Assembly (NCBI GenBank): GCA_963805625.1
Contig: CAWDVE010000021.1
Location: 128,001 to 192,000 of the forward strand
DNA length: 64,000 bases
Direction of reading: 5' to 3'
DNA from: an uncultured Candidatus Rokubacteria bacterium
GTDB taxonomy: Bacteria > Methylomirabilota > Methylomirabilia > Rokubacteriales > DASRDR01
Part shown: positions 31,779 to 44,342 of the stretch, one piece after another
Layout of the letters: each line of letters starts with the position of its first letter
Numbering within the stretch: the first letter of the stretch is position 1
Program-made: the position numbers and the translations under genes
Notes under the pieces: generated by a model
Seen by the model: only the letters and a program-made list of their open reading frames with translations
What the model was told of the DNA's origin: nothing
Database searches by the model: none

Positions 31779-33089
31779 CTAGTGGTCTCCTCGCGTCCGG
31801 GGGCCTTCCAGGCGGATCCGCGCCGCCTCGCTGTGCCCGTGGAGCCCCTCCGCTTCCGCCAGCGCGGCGAGATGGGGCCACGCCGCCCGGAGCCCGGCCG
31901 GCGTGTAGTGGATGAGGCTCGAGCGCTTGATGAAATCCTCCACCGACAGGCCGGACGCGAAGCGCGCCGTCGCCCCGGTGGGCAGGACGTGGTTCGGGCC
32001 GGCCAGGTAGTCGCCCACCACCTCGGGTGTGTGCACGCCGAGGAAGATCGCCCCGGCGTGCCGGACCGCCGGGAGCCAGGCGAAGGGGTCAGCGACCGCG
32101 AGTTCGAGATGCTCCGGCGCCAGGCGGTTGGCGATCGCCAGCGCCTCGTCGAGGTCCCGCGTTACTACCACGGCCCCGTGGCTCCGGATGGCGGCCTCCG
32201 CGATGGCCGCCCGGGGCAGGCCCCGGCACTGCCGACCGACCGCGGCCACGACGCGCGCGCCGAGCGCGGCGTCGTCGGTCAGACACACGGCCCGCGCCAT
32301 CGGGTCGTGCTCGGCCTGGGCGAGGAGGTCCGCGGCCACGTGGGCCGCCTCCGCCGTCTGGTCCGCGACCACGACGACCTCGCTCGGGCCAGCGACCAGA
32401 TCGATGCCGACATCGCCGAAGACGAGGCGCTTGGCGAGCGCGACGTACAGGTTCCCCGGCCCGACGATCTTGTCGACGGCGGGGACGGTCGCCGTCCCAT
32501 ACGCGAGTGCGGCCACGGCCTGGGCGCCACCCACCCGGTAGACCTCGGTCGCCCCCGCGAGGCGGGCCGCGGCCAGTACCGCCGCCGGCACGCGCCCCTC
32601 CCCGCCCGGCGGCGAGACCACCACGAGATCGCGCACGCCCGCCACGCGGGCGGGGATCAGGTTCATCAGCACGGTGGACGGGTAGGCCGCGGTCCCGCCG
32701 GGGACGTAGCACCCCACCCGGTCGAGCGGTGTTACCTGCTGGCCGAGCAGTGAGCCGTGCTCGTCCCGTACCCACCAGGAGCGGGGCAGCTGATGGCGGT
32801 GGAACGCCTCGATCCGGCGAGCTGCCTCGGCGAGGGCCGCCTGGAACCGGGGGGGAACTGTCGCGGTCTCCCACTCGTCCTCAGAGACCCGGAGCTCCTC
32901 GGGGCGCAACTCCACCCCGTCGAAGCGCTTCGTGAAGTCGAGCAGCGCGGCATCGCCGCGCCGCCTCACCTCATCGACGATCGCCGCGACCCGCGCGACG
33001 GCGTCCGGGTCGGTCGCCGCGTGCGGCCGGGCGAGCGCCGCCACGACCCCGTCGGGCGACAGCTCCACCGTCTGGAGGAGGCGGATCAC
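31779..33089 (-). CDS. hisD: Histidinol dehydrogenase
   Basis: YVPGG, GGAQA, GPGN, AGPSE, QAEHD, APEHL, GPNHVLPT. Confidence 0.96.
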   Translation of the reverse strand: MIRLLQTVELSPDGVVAALARPHAATDPDAVARVAAIVDEVRRRGDAALLDFTKRFDGVELRPEELRVSEDEWETATVPPRFQAALAEAARRIEAFHRHQLPRSWWVRDEHGSLLGQQVTPLDRVGCYVPGGTAAYPSTVLMNLIPARVAGVRDLVVVSPPGGEGRVPAAVLAAARLAGATEVYRVGGAQAVAALAYGTATVPAVDKIVGPGNLYVALAKRLVFGDVGIDLVAGPSEVVVVADQTAEAAHVAADLLAQAEHDPMARAVCLTDDAALGARVVAAVGRQCRGLPRAAIAEAAIRSHGAVVVTRDLDEALAIANRLAPEHLELAVADPFAWLPAVRHAGAIFLGVHTPEVVGDYLAGPNHVLPTGATARFASGLSVEDFIKRSSLIHYTPAGLRAAWPHLAALAEAEGLHGHSEAARIRLEGPRTRGDH

Positions 33090-33757
33090 GGAAGGACCCC
33101 GGCGCGCAGCTCGTCCAACAGCCGGCCGACGGCGCGGTGCGCCGTCTTCTGCGCGGCGCGGTTCACGATCAGCCGCGCCGTGGACTGCAGAATCTCGGCG
33201 ACCTCGACCAGTCCATTGGCCCGGAGCGTCTCTCCCGACTGGACGAGGTCCACGATGCGCTCGGCGAGCCCCACGAGGGGCGCCAGCTCGATCGAGCCGT
33301 CGAGCCGGACCACCTCGACCTGGATGCCCCGCTCGGCGAAGTACCGCCGCGTGAGGTTAGGGTACTTGGTCGCGACGCGCACCCAGGACCATTTCGCTGG
33401 GTCGTCGCGCTCCCAGAGCTCCCGAGGCTCCGCGACCACCAGCCGGCACACGCCGAACCCCAGGTCGAGCGGCTCGTAGACGTCCGGCTCCTGCTCGAGC
33501 AGGACGTCCTTGCCGACGATCCCAGCGTCGGCCGCCCCGTGCTCGACGTACGTCGGCACGTCGAGGGGCTTCAGGATCAAGAGGCGGAGCCGCCCCGTCG
33601 GGTCCGTGAACAGAAGCCGACGGCTGTCATCCTCGGGCAGCCCCCGGAAGCCGGCCCGCCGGAGAAGGTCGAGCGCCGGCCGGAGCAGGCGGCCCTTCGG
33701 CAGGGCCAGGGTCAGCGGGCGCCCATTCCCGGTCACGGTGGCCGCCTTCCACTCCAC
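33086..33757 (-). CDS. hisG: ATP phosphoribosyltransferase, short form
   Basis: LALPKGRL, DVPTYVE.G.AD.GIVG.D, ATKYP, GSIELAP; no C-terminal regulatory domain; start may be 33736. Confidence 0.94.
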   Translation of the reverse strand: MEWKAATVTGNGRPLTLALPKGRLLRPALDLLRRAGFRGLPEDDSRRLLFTDPTGRLRLLILKPLDVPTYVEHGAADAGIVGKDVLLEQEPDVYEPLDLGFGVCRLVVAEPRELWERDDPAKWSWVRVATKYPNLTRRYFAERGIQVEVVRLDGSIELAPLVGLAERIVDLVQSGETLRANGLVEVAEILQSTARLIVNRAAQKTAHRAVGRLLDELRAGVLP

Positions 33758-33760
33758 GCG

Positions 33761-35014
33761 TCACCGCTCCCGGCGGATCCGCGCCCCAAGCGCGGCGAGC
33801 TTCTGCTCCATCCCCTCATAGCCGCGGTCGAGGTGGTAGACGCGCGATACCTCCGTGGTGCCCGTGGCCGCCAAACCCCCGAGCACCAGTGAGGCCGAGG
33901 CGCGGAGGTCAGTCGCCATGACCGGCGCGCCCTGGTAGCTCGGCACCCCCCGGATCACGGCGCGGCTTCCCTCGATCTCGATCGACGCCCCGAGGCGTCT
34001 GAGCTCCGCCGCGTGCTGAAAGCGGTTCTCGAAGATCGTCTCGGTAATCACGCTCGAACCCTCGGCCAGCCCCAGGAGAGTCATCATCTGGGCCTGCATG
34101 TCGGTCGCGAACCCCGGGAACGGGTTGGTCACGATGTCGGTCGCCCGGGGCCGGTCCTCCGCGCGGATCCGGATGCGATCAACGCCGACCTCCACCTGCG
34201 CGCCCGTTGCCTCGAGCTTGTCGAGGACGGCGCTCAGATGGGCCGGCACCACGTCCCGGACGGTGACGTCCCCCAAGGTGATGGCCCCGGCCACCAGGAA
34301 GGTGCCCGCCTCCACGCGGTCCGGGATGATCCGGTGCCGCGCGCCGCCAAGCTCGGGCACGCCCTCGATCTCGATGCGCTCGGTCCCGGCGCCATGGATC
34401 CGCGCGCCCATCGCCGTGAGCAGGCGGGCTAGGTCCGGGATCTCGGGCTCCCGCGCCGCGTTCTCGAGGATGGTGGTGCCCTCCGCGAGGGCAGCGGCCA
34501 TCATGAGGTTCTCGGTACCGGTCACGGTCACGAGGTCGAACACGATCCGCGCCCCCTTGAGCCGCGCCGCCCGGGCCTCCACGTAGCCCTGGGCGAGCGT
34601 GACCTCGGCGCCGAGGCGCTCGAGCCCCTTGAGGTGGAGATCGATCGGCCGAGCCCCGATCGCGCAGCCGCCGGGCATCGAGACGCGCGCACGGCCGGCA
34701 CGGGCCAGGAGCGGCCCGAGCACGAGCACGGACGCCCGCATGGTCGAGACCAGCCCGTACGGGGCCTCGACGGATCGGAGCGCGGGCGTCCGCGCGACCG
34801 TCGATCCGTCACGCTCCTCGATCTCGGTGCCGAGACCCTGGAGCAAGGCCCGGATGGTGGTGATATCAGCCAGGCGGGGGACGTTCTCGAGCACGACGGG
34901 TTCCGCCGAGAGAAGCGACGCGGCCAAAAGCGGCAGGGCCGCATTCTTCGCCGCGCTGACGCGAACCTCCCCGCGGAGGGGGATGCCGCCCTCGATGACG
35001 AGCCGGGCCGCCAC
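33761..35014 (-). CDS. murA: UDP-N-acetylglucosamine 1-carboxyvinyltransferase
   Basis: [25 protein letters not shown] (active-site Cys retained), DLRA, DRGYE. Confidence 0.97.
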   Translation of the reverse strand: MAARLVIEGGIPLRGEVRVSAAKNAALPLLAASLLSAEPVVLENVPRLADITTIRALLQGLGTEIEERDGSTVARTPALRSVEAPYGLVSTMRASVLVLGPLLARAGRARVSMPGGCAIGARPIDLHLKGLERLGAEVTLAQGYVEARAARLKGARIVFDLVTVTGTENLMMAAALAEGTTILENAAREPEIPDLARLLTAMGARIHGAGTERIEIEGVPELGGARHRIIPDRVEAGTFLVAGAITLGDVTVRDVVPAHLSAVLDKLEATGAQVEVGVDRIRIRAEDRPRATDIVTNPFPGFATDMQAQMMTLLGLAEGSSVITETIFENRFQHAAELRRLGASIEIEGSRAVIRGVPSYQGAPVMATDLRASASLVLGGLAATGTTEVSRVYHLDRGYEGMEQKLAALGARIRRER

Positions 35015-35910
35015 CTAGCGCCTCCGCGCCTCGAGCACGCGCTCGCACCCGCGGAAGTCCCGGTGCACGAGGGCCTCCGCGTACCGCCCGTCCGCCTCAA
35101 TGAGCGCGCGCGCTGCCGGCCCCTGTTCCTCGCCGATCTCCGCGACGAGCCCACCCCCCGGGCGAAGCCACTCGGGGGCCTGGGCGAGCAGCCGGCGAAT
35201 GACCGCGAGTCCGTCCGGGCCGCCGTCGAGCGCCTCCCGTGGCTCCCAGTCGCGGACCTCGATGGGCAGAGCCGGCAGGATGGGCGTGGCGAGATAGGGC
35301 GGGTTGGCCACGACGAGGTCCGCGGCGCCCACGGGCACGGAGCCCCGGAGCGGCCCGAAGAGATCGCCCTCGCGCACCCGGACGCGCCCATCGAGACCGA
35401 GCCGCCGCACGTTACCCCGGGCGCAGTCGGCCGCCAGCGCTGCCCGCTCGATGGCCCAGACCGTCCAGCCGGGCCGACGCGCGCCGAGAGCGCACGCAAC
35501 CGCGCCCGAGCCGGTACAGAGGTCGAGGACCGTGGCCCTCTCCGGCGGACCGAGGGCCAGCGCCCGGTCGACGAGCGCCTCGGTCTCAGGGCGCGGGATG
35601 AACACGCCAGCACCGAGCTCCAGCACGAGCCCGCAGAACTCCGCCTCGCCCAGGAGATACTGGAGGGGCTCATGGCTCGCGCGCCGCGCCACGAGCGTTT
35701 CGAACACCGCGCCCTCGGGGCCGGTCACCGACGCCTGGCCGCTCGTGTACAGACCGAGCCGCGTCGTTCCGAGCGCCCGGGCCAGGAGCACCTCGGCGTC
35801 CTGTCGGGCGGTCTCGAGCCCGGCCGCGGCAAGGCGGTCGCCGGCGACCCGGAGGGCGTTAGCCACGGTTGGGGCCACGGTCGGCCCGGGGGTGGCGACG
35901 ACGGCGGGCG

Positions 35911-35914
<4 letters not shown>
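35015..35914 (-). CDS. prmC: Release factor glutamine methyltransferase
   Basis: [19 protein letters not shown]; follows prfA. Confidence 0.94.
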
Positions 35915-36984
<1,070 letters not shown>

Positions 36985-37046
36985 GATCCGCGCTCAGGCC
37001 CTCGGGGCTCGCGTGCCCGGGCCTGGCCCCGCGCCGAGGGCGGCGG

Positions 37047-37253
37047 CTAGCGCTTCCGGTTGGCGTACTTCTTCTGGAAGCGCTCGACGCGCCCGGCCGT
37101 GTCCACCAGCTTTTGCTTGCCGGTGAAGAACGGATGGCACTTCGAGCAGATCTCCACCCGGATGTTCGCGCTGGTGGAGCGGGTGTGGATGACCTCGCCG
37201 CAGGCGCAGGTGATGGTCGTCTCGACATACTCGGGATGGATACCGGCCTTCAC
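37047..37253 (-). CDS. rpmE: 50S ribosomal protein L31 (Zn-binding type A)
   Basis: [28 protein letters not shown]; SD GGGGAGGA. Confidence 0.95.
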   Translation of the reverse strand: MKAGIHPEYVETTITCACGEVIHTRSTSANIRVEICSKCHPFFTGKQKLVDTAGRVERFQKKYANRKR

Positions 37254-37293
37254 GGAAAGTCCTCCCCACACAAGCGAAAATGAGTGCTGGACT

Positions 37294-37323
37294 AGCCTAC
37301 CACACGCCGCAACACCCCAGCAA
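37294..37323 (-). promoter_or_regulatory. Putative promoter of rpmE-prfA-prmC-murA-his
   Basis: TTGCTG-18 nt-TAGGCT with extended TG. Confidence 0.5.
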
Positions 37324-37425
37324 GGAGCGGGGGGTCACCGCCGGCGCCCCGGATCAAGGGCGCCCGACCGCCCCGCCAAGGGGCCGGGGAGGGTGAGGGC
37401 CGGCCGATGGCGTGAGGTCCCCGCC

Positions 37426-38838
<1,413 letters not shown>

Positions 38839-38918
38839 GGCTGTGAATCGCTCCTTTGAGGTGCGGTGTGGCGAGGACCGTCAGGGGATCGCGCGCGCGG
38901 TAGCGTCACGCTCAGTCA

Positions 38919-38948
38919 TCTATAGCACCGGCGGCGGGGCCCTGTCAA
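38919..38948 (-). promoter_or_regulatory. Putative rho promoter
   Basis: TTGACA-18 nt-TATAGA with extended TG. Confidence 0.6.
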
Positions 38949-38980
38949 CCAACGGGCCCGTGCGGTAGTGGCCGTCCGCC

Positions 38981-40003
38981 TCACAGACGGATCGCGATCA
39001 GCGCCCGTCGCCGGAGGCCTTCCAGCCACTCGTCGAACCGCTCCTGCGCCTTCTTCTGGAGGAGCAGGTCGCGCCCCTGCTGTCGCGCGTCCGCGAGCCT
39101 GTCCGCCGTCAGCTCCTCGCGGTCGTCGAGCTTGAACAGGTGATAGGCGGCGCCCGACCGGATCGGGGCGGTCACCTGCCCCTTCTGGAGTGCCAGGAGC
39201 GGCTGCTCGAAAACCGCATCCAGCTCGCCTCGGGCCAGCCAGCCGAGATCGCCGCCCGTCGGGTCCTTGGCGCGGGTCCGCGCCAGCTCGGCGAAGTCGG
39301 CGCCACCCGCCAGCGCGACCGAGATGCTCTCGATCTCCCCCTTCGCCTGCTCCCAGGCCCCAGGCGAGCTCGTCGCTTCGACCGTGATAGCCATGTGGAA
39401 CGCGTGGTACTTCAATCCGGCCTCGAACTTGTCCCGGTTCTGGGCGAGGTACTGGTCGACCTCGGCCTCCGTGACCGTGGACCGGCGGACCACGCGGCGG
39501 CTGCGGACTCGCTGGGCGAGGAGCTGCTCGCGCATCTCGCGCCGCAGCGCCTCCCAGGTCACGCCCTGCACCTGGAGCTGCGCCTCGAACTTCTCCCGGT
39601 CGCCGCCGTTCCGCTTCACGACGTCGTCGACGGCCGCGCGCAGCTCGTCGTCCGTAATCTCGATCTTGTCGCGCTTGGCTTCCTGGACCTGGAGCCGGTG
39701 GTCGACCAGCCGGTTCAGCATCGTCCGCTCGAGTTCGGCGCTGTCGGGCACGCTCCGGCCGTCGCGGCGGGAGAGGATGATCGCCTCCTGCAGATCAGAC
39801 ATCATGACGACGTCATCGTTGACCACGGCCACCACCCGATCGATCACGACCTGGTTCTCCCGGAGCGGCGGCGGCTCCCCGACGCCCACCAGGACGCCGC
39901 CGCTCCCCGAGGGCACGGGCGGGAGCGGCCCCGCCGGCGCCCTGCACGCGCCGAGCGCTCCCGCCACCACGAGCCCCACGAGCGCGAGCCGCGCCCTGTT
40001 CAT
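38981..40003 (-). CDS. SurA/PrsA-like parvulin chaperone lipoprotein
   Basis: Lipobox LGAC, DRVVAVVND SurA N-domain, FAELA..GGDLGW parvulin-like segment; follows mfd. Confidence 0.85.
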   Translation of the reverse strand: MNRARLALVGLVVAGALGACRAPAGPLPPVPSGSGGVLVGVGEPPPLRENQVVIDRVVAVVNDDVVMMSDLQEAIILSRRDGRSVPDSAELERTMLNRLVDHRLQVQEAKRDKIEITDDELRAAVDDVVKRNGGDREKFEAQLQVQGVTWEALRREMREQLLAQRVRSRRVVRRSTVTEAEVDQYLAQNRDKFEAGLKYHAFHMAITVEATSSPGAWEQAKGEIESISVALAGGADFAELARTRAKDPTGGDLGWLARGELDAVFEQPLLALQKGQVTAPIRSGAAYHLFKLDDREELTADRLADARQQGRDLLLQKKAQERFDEWLEGLRRRALIAIRL

Positions 40004-43000
40004 CGGCGTGCCTCCGTCGGTCCTCGGAACTCGCCGAGGAGCCGGGTGAGGGTCTGGAAGGTCTCCGGCCAGGGCCCTCGGGCGACCGTGGCCTCGAGCA
40101 CGAACTCCCGCACGGTCCGGAGGCGGCGCCCGTGGAGCCGCAGCAGGTCGACGATCCGCTGGGGCGGCACCGGCGTGCTCGGCGCGAACGTGAGGAGCGC
40201 ATGGCCCCCGCGCACCTCGAGCCGCTCCAGACGAAGGGCCTTGGCGTCGAGCCGGAGCGCCACGACGTCGAGGAGCCGCGCGGCCGCCTCGGGAAGCGAA
40301 CCGAACCGATCCCTGAGCTCCCGCCGGATCTCCTCGATCTCGGCCGCGGTCCCGATGCCCGCGAGCCGCTTGTAGAGCGCGAGCCGCTGCGCGGGCTCGG
40401 CGACGTAGTCCTCGGGCAGGTAGGCGGCGGCGTCCACGGTGACGACGGGATCGACCTCGTCCTCGACGGGGTCCCCGCGAAGCTCCCGCACAGCTTCCTC
40501 CAGGAGCTTCAGGTAGAGATCGAAGCCGACCATCTCGATCTGCCCGTGCTGCTGGGCGCCGAGCAAGTTCCCCGCCCCCCGGATCTCCATGTCGCGGAGC
40601 GCGATCTTCAGCCCCGAGCCGAGCGCCGTGAGCTCCTGGACCACCCGGAGCCGCTTGGCCGCCGTCTCGTCGACGCGACCGTCGGCGGGGATGAGGAGAT
40701 ACGCGTAGGCCTGGAGGCGGTCGCGACCCACCCGGCCGCGGAGCTGGTAGAGCTGCGCGAGGCCGAGCCGGTCCGCACGGTTGATGATGATCGTGTTCGA
40801 CGCCGGGATGTCGAGCCCCGACTCGATGATGGCCGTGGCCACGAGCACATCGTACGCGCCGCCCACGTAATCGAGCATGGTTCGTTCGAGGGTCGTCTCG
40901 CGCAGCTGGCCGTGGGCCATCGCGATCCGCGCCCGAGGAACGAGCCGCTCGATGAAGCGCACGAGCGCCGGCAGGGACTGGATCCGGTTGTGGACCACGA
41001 AGACCTGCCCGCCCCGGCCCAGCTCGCGCTCGATCGCCTCCTTGATCACCCGGGCGTCGAACCGGCAGACGATCGTTTCGACCGCGAGGCGGTCCGCGGG
41101 TGGCGACTCGATCACCGACAGATCGCGGATCCCCGCCATCGCCATCGACAGGGTCCGGGGAATGGGGGTCGCCGTCAGCGTGAGCACGTGGACGGACTTC
41201 CGGAGCTGCTTGAGGCGTTCCTTGTGCCCGACGCCGAACCGGTGCTCCTCGTCCACGACTAGGAGGCCGAGGTCCTTGAAGACGACGTCCTTGGAGAGGA
41301 GCCGGTGGGTGCCGATGACGACGTCCACCGTCCCCGCGGCCAGCCCGGCGAGGACCGCCTTCTGCTGGACAGCCGACCGGAAGCGGGAGAGCATCTCGAC
41401 CCGCACCGGGTAGGGCCCGAAGCGCTCGCGGAACGTGTTCCAGTGCTGCTCGGCGAGGATGGTGGTGGGCACGAGGACCGCCACCTGGTGCCCGTCCAGG
41501 GCGACCTTGAGGGCCGCGCGCATCGCGACCTCGGTCTTGCCGTAGCCCACGTCGCCGCAGACGAGGCGGTCCATCGGCTGGCGCCGTTCGAGATCCGCCT
41601 TCACCTGGCGAATCGACTCGAGCTGGTCCGGCGTTTCCTCGAACGGGAACGCCGCTTCGAACTCATGCTGCCAGGGTGTGTCGGGGGCGACCGCGAGCCC
41701 CTCGACGACCTGGCGCTCGGCATAGAGGCGCAGAAGCTCCTGCGCCATCTCCCGGAGGGAAGCCCGCACCGACTCCTTCGTCCGCTGCCAGGTCGTGGCC
41801 CCGAGCTTGTCGAGCCGCGGCACCTCGTTGCCGGAGCCCGTGTACTTGGTGACAGCGGCCATCCGCTGAACCGGGAGATAGAGACGCGCGCCCTCGGCGT
41901 ACTCGAGCAGGAGGTAGTCCGCCGGCTGGCCGTCGACCGCGAGGGTCACGAGGCCCGCGTACCGGCCGATCCCGTGCTCGATGTGAACGACCAAGTCTCC
42001 CGGCGCGAGGTCCGTGAACGCGGCGATCGCGGCGCCACGCTGGTAGGTCGGGCGGCGGCGCATCGTGCGCCGGTGCCCGAAGAGCTCGGTCTCCGTGAGG
42101 CAGACGAGACCGAGCCCGGGGCACTCGAACCCGACGTGGGCACCTCCCACCAGGACGGCGAGGGGCTCCGGTCCGAGCAGCGCCGAGACGACGGGCACCT
42201 CGTGCTCGAGATCCCGGAGGATCTCCTGGAGGCGGTCCGCGGTCTTCGGATCGGGCGCGAGGAGCCGCACCCGGAAGCCTTCGGCCCGCCAGGCGCCGAG
42301 CGCCGGCTCGAGCCGGCGGAGCTGGCCGCGCACGCCTTCGATCGAGCGGGTCTCGAGGCGGTACGCATCGGGGGCGTCGGTCAGGAGCACGCCGCAGTCG
42401 ACGCGCGGCCGCGACTCGAGCGTCTCGAGCGCGGCGGCCTCCGGCGCGCCGGGCGCGAGGAGCGCCGGATCCGCCACCGCCACCGGCGCGTCGGCCGGCA
42501 GGTAGTGCCCGAGCCGGGCCTCCGCCTCGGCCTCGCCGGCCAGCATCGGAAGGACCAGGAGCGTCGCGACCGCCCCCGTTGACCGCTGGGTGGTGGGATC
42601 GAACGTCCGGAGTGATTCGACGTCGTCCCCGACCAGCTCGAGTCGCACCGGCAGCGACCCCGCCGGCGAGAAGACGTCGACGATCCCGCCCCGGAGCGCC
42701 CACTGCCCGACGCCCGTCACGGTCTCCACCCGCTCGTAGCCAGCGGCCTGGAGGTGCTCGACCAGCGCCTCCCGGTCGACGCTGTCGCCGGTCCCAAGTG
42801 TCAGGACCTGACGCCGGAAGGCGGCCGGGGTCGGGAGCGGCGCCTCGAGACCGCGGGCGGGCACGATCACCCACAAGGGCTCCCCGCGAAGTAGGCGGCC
42901 CAGGATTCCCGCGCGGCCCGCGTCCTCTTCGCGCACGCCCGCATCGCGCCAGAGGGCGGCGTGAGGCACCGGCATCAGGACGACCTCGCCCGGCGCCTTC

Positions 43001-43260
43001 CGGCCGAGCGCTCCGGCGAAGGCACGGAGGTCGTCGAGGGTACGGAGTGCGGTCGGCTCGTCCGCCACGACCACAACCGCCGGGCGGCTCGGCGTGAGGA
43101 GCGCTGCCAGGGCGAGGGACGTCGCCGAGCCCCACAGGCCGTCGAGCTGGATCCGCCCCGTCGCGCGCCCGAGGGCCGCCCGCGCCCGGGCGAGGTCGCC
43201 CCAGGCGTCCAGGGTGGGGAGGCTCGCCGTGACGAGCGTCGCGGTGGAGCCGTTGCTCAC
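40000..43260 (-). CDS. mfd: Transcription-repair coupling factor
   Basis: RGGIVDVF, GDLVVH..HGIG, GDVGYGKT, DEEH, QLRGRVGR, RGAGNLLG; GTGA overlap with rex. Confidence 0.96.
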   Translation of the reverse strand: MSNGSTATLVTASLPTLDAWGDLARARAALGRATGRIQLDGLWGSATSLALAALLTPSRPAVVVVADEPTALRTLDDLRAFAGALGRKAPGEVVLMPVPHAALWRDAGVREEDAGRAGILGRLLRGEPLWVIVPARGLEAPLPTPAAFRRQVLTLGTGDSVDREALVEHLQAAGYERVETVTGVGQWALRGGIVDVFSPAGSLPVRLELVGDDVESLRTFDPTTQRSTGAVATLLVLPMLAGEAEAEARLGHYLPADAPVAVADPALLAPGAPEAAALETLESRPRVDCGVLLTDAPDAYRLETRSIEGVRGQLRRLEPALGAWRAEGFRVRLLAPDPKTADRLQEILRDLEHEVPVVSALLGPEPLAVLVGGAHVGFECPGLGLVCLTETELFGHRRTMRRRPTYQRGAAIAAFTDLAPGDLVVHIEHGIGRYAGLVTLAVDGQPADYLLLEYAEGARLYLPVQRMAAVTKYTGSGNEVPRLDKLGATTWQRTKESVRASLREMAQELLRLYAERQVVEGLAVAPDTPWQHEFEAAFPFEETPDQLESIRQVKADLERRQPMDRLVCGDVGYGKTEVAMRAALKVALDGHQVAVLVPTTILAEQHWNTFRERFGPYPVRVEMLSRFRSAVQQKAVLAGLAAGTVDVVIGTHRLLSKDVVFKDLGLLVVDEEHRFGVGHKERLKQLRKSVHVLTLTATPIPRTLSMAMAGIRDLSVIESPPADRLAVETIVCRFDARVIKEAIERELGRGGQVFVVHNRIQSLPALVRFIERLVPRARIAMAHGQLRETTLERTMLDYVGGAYDVLVATAIIESGLDIPASNTIIINRADRLGLAQLYQLRGRVGRDRLQAYAYLLIPADGRVDETAAKRLRVVQELTALGSGLKIALRDMEIRGAGNLLGAQQHGQIEMVGFDLYLKLLEEAVRELRGDPVEDEVDPVVTVDAAAYLPEDYVAEPAQRLALYKRLAGIGTAAEIEEIRRELRDRFGSLPEAAARLLDVVALRLDAKALRLERLEVRGGHALLTFAPSTPVPPQRIVDLLRLHGRRLRTVREFVLEATVARGPWPETFQTLTRLLGEFRGPTEARR

Positions 43261-43904
43261 CGCAGCGCCTGCCCCAGGTGGAAGGACAGGTTCTCCAGCT
43301 CGATCGACAGGTCGACGTTCTGGAGACGCACGTCTTTCGGGACCTTGACGCGGCTCGGGGCGAAGTTGAGGATCGCCCGGACACCGGCCGCGACCAGCCG
43401 GTCCGCGACGCCCTGGGCCGCCTCGGCGGGCACCGCGACGACCCCGATCTGGATCGCCTGGCCCTTCACGACGCGCGGCAGCTCGGCGAGCGCCTGGATC
43501 GCGAGCCCGTTCACCGCGCGCCCGACCTTGGCTGGGTCGTCGTCGACGATGGCCGCGATCCGGAAGCCCTGCCGGGCAAAGCCGCGGTAGTGGAAAAGCG
43601 CGGACCCGAGGTTGCCGAACCCGACCAGCACGACCCGCCACTCACGGTCGAGTCCGAGGATCCGCTGGATCTCCGCCCGGAGGTTCGTCGTGTCGTAGCC
43701 GATCCCCCGGATGCCGAACTCCCCGAAGTAGGCGAGGTCCTTCCGGACCTGGGCCGAGTTCAGGTGAAAGCGCGCGGCGAGCTCCTGCGACGAGATGGTC
43801 TTGACGCCGTCCTCCTCGAGCTGCGCCAGGCAGCGGAAGTAGACGGACAGGCGCCGCACGGTCATCTCGGGGATGCGGGGCAGGCGACCTCCGGAACGCG
43901 GCAT
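43257..43904 (-). CDS. rex: Redox-sensing transcriptional repressor Rex
   Basis: IP..TVRRL..Y, SAQVRKDLAYFGEFG.RG.GY, VGFGNLG, ILNFAP. Confidence 0.95.
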   Translation of the reverse strand: MPRSGGRLPRIPEMTVRRLSVYFRCLAQLEEDGVKTISSQELAARFHLNSAQVRKDLAYFGEFGIRGIGYDTTNLRAEIQRILGLDREWRVVLVGFGNLGSALFHYRGFARQGFRIAAIVDDDPAKVGRAVNGLAIQALAELPRVVKGQAIQIGVVAVPAEAAQGVADRLVAAGVRAILNFAPSRVKVPKDVRLQNVDLSIELENLSFHLGQALR

Positions 43905-43963
43905 GCCTTAGGCCACGACCGGCCGGACGGACGGCGTGGAGCCGCCCGCCCGACCCGCCGCCT

Positions 43964-44287
43964 TTACTTGAACGGGTTCGCGAAGAGCAGGATGATCGCG
44001 ATGACCAGGGTGTAGATCGCCAGCGACTCGATGAGCGCCAGACCGATGATCATCGCGGTCTGGATGCGGGCCGCCGCGCCAGGCTGGCGCGCGATGCCCT
44101 CCAGCGCCGCGGCGATCGCCCGCGCCTGACCGAGGCCGCAGAGACCGGCCGCCAGGGCCATCCCGATGCCCGCCGCGATGACCGTGAACGGCCCGACCCA
44201 GGATCCCGTCGCCGCGGCGTCCGCCGCGTAGGCAACACCCTCGGCGAGGCTCAGTGACAGCCCCAGAAGCATGAGAGCGATACGCAC
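43964..44287 (-). CDS. atpE: ATP synthase Fo subunit c with N-terminal signal-like extension
   Basis: GxGQ, ARQP loop, ALIESLAIY. Confidence 0.95.
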   Translation of the reverse strand: MRIALMLLGLSLSLAEGVAYAADAAATGSWVGPFTVIAAGIGMALAAGLCGLGQARAIAAALEGIARQPGAAARIQTAMIIGLALIESLAIYTLVIAIILLFANPFK

Positions 44288-44342
44288 CTTCTCTCCTCCT
44301 TCCCCGTCCCGCCCGGGCCCCCGGGCCGTCTCGGGGGCGGTG

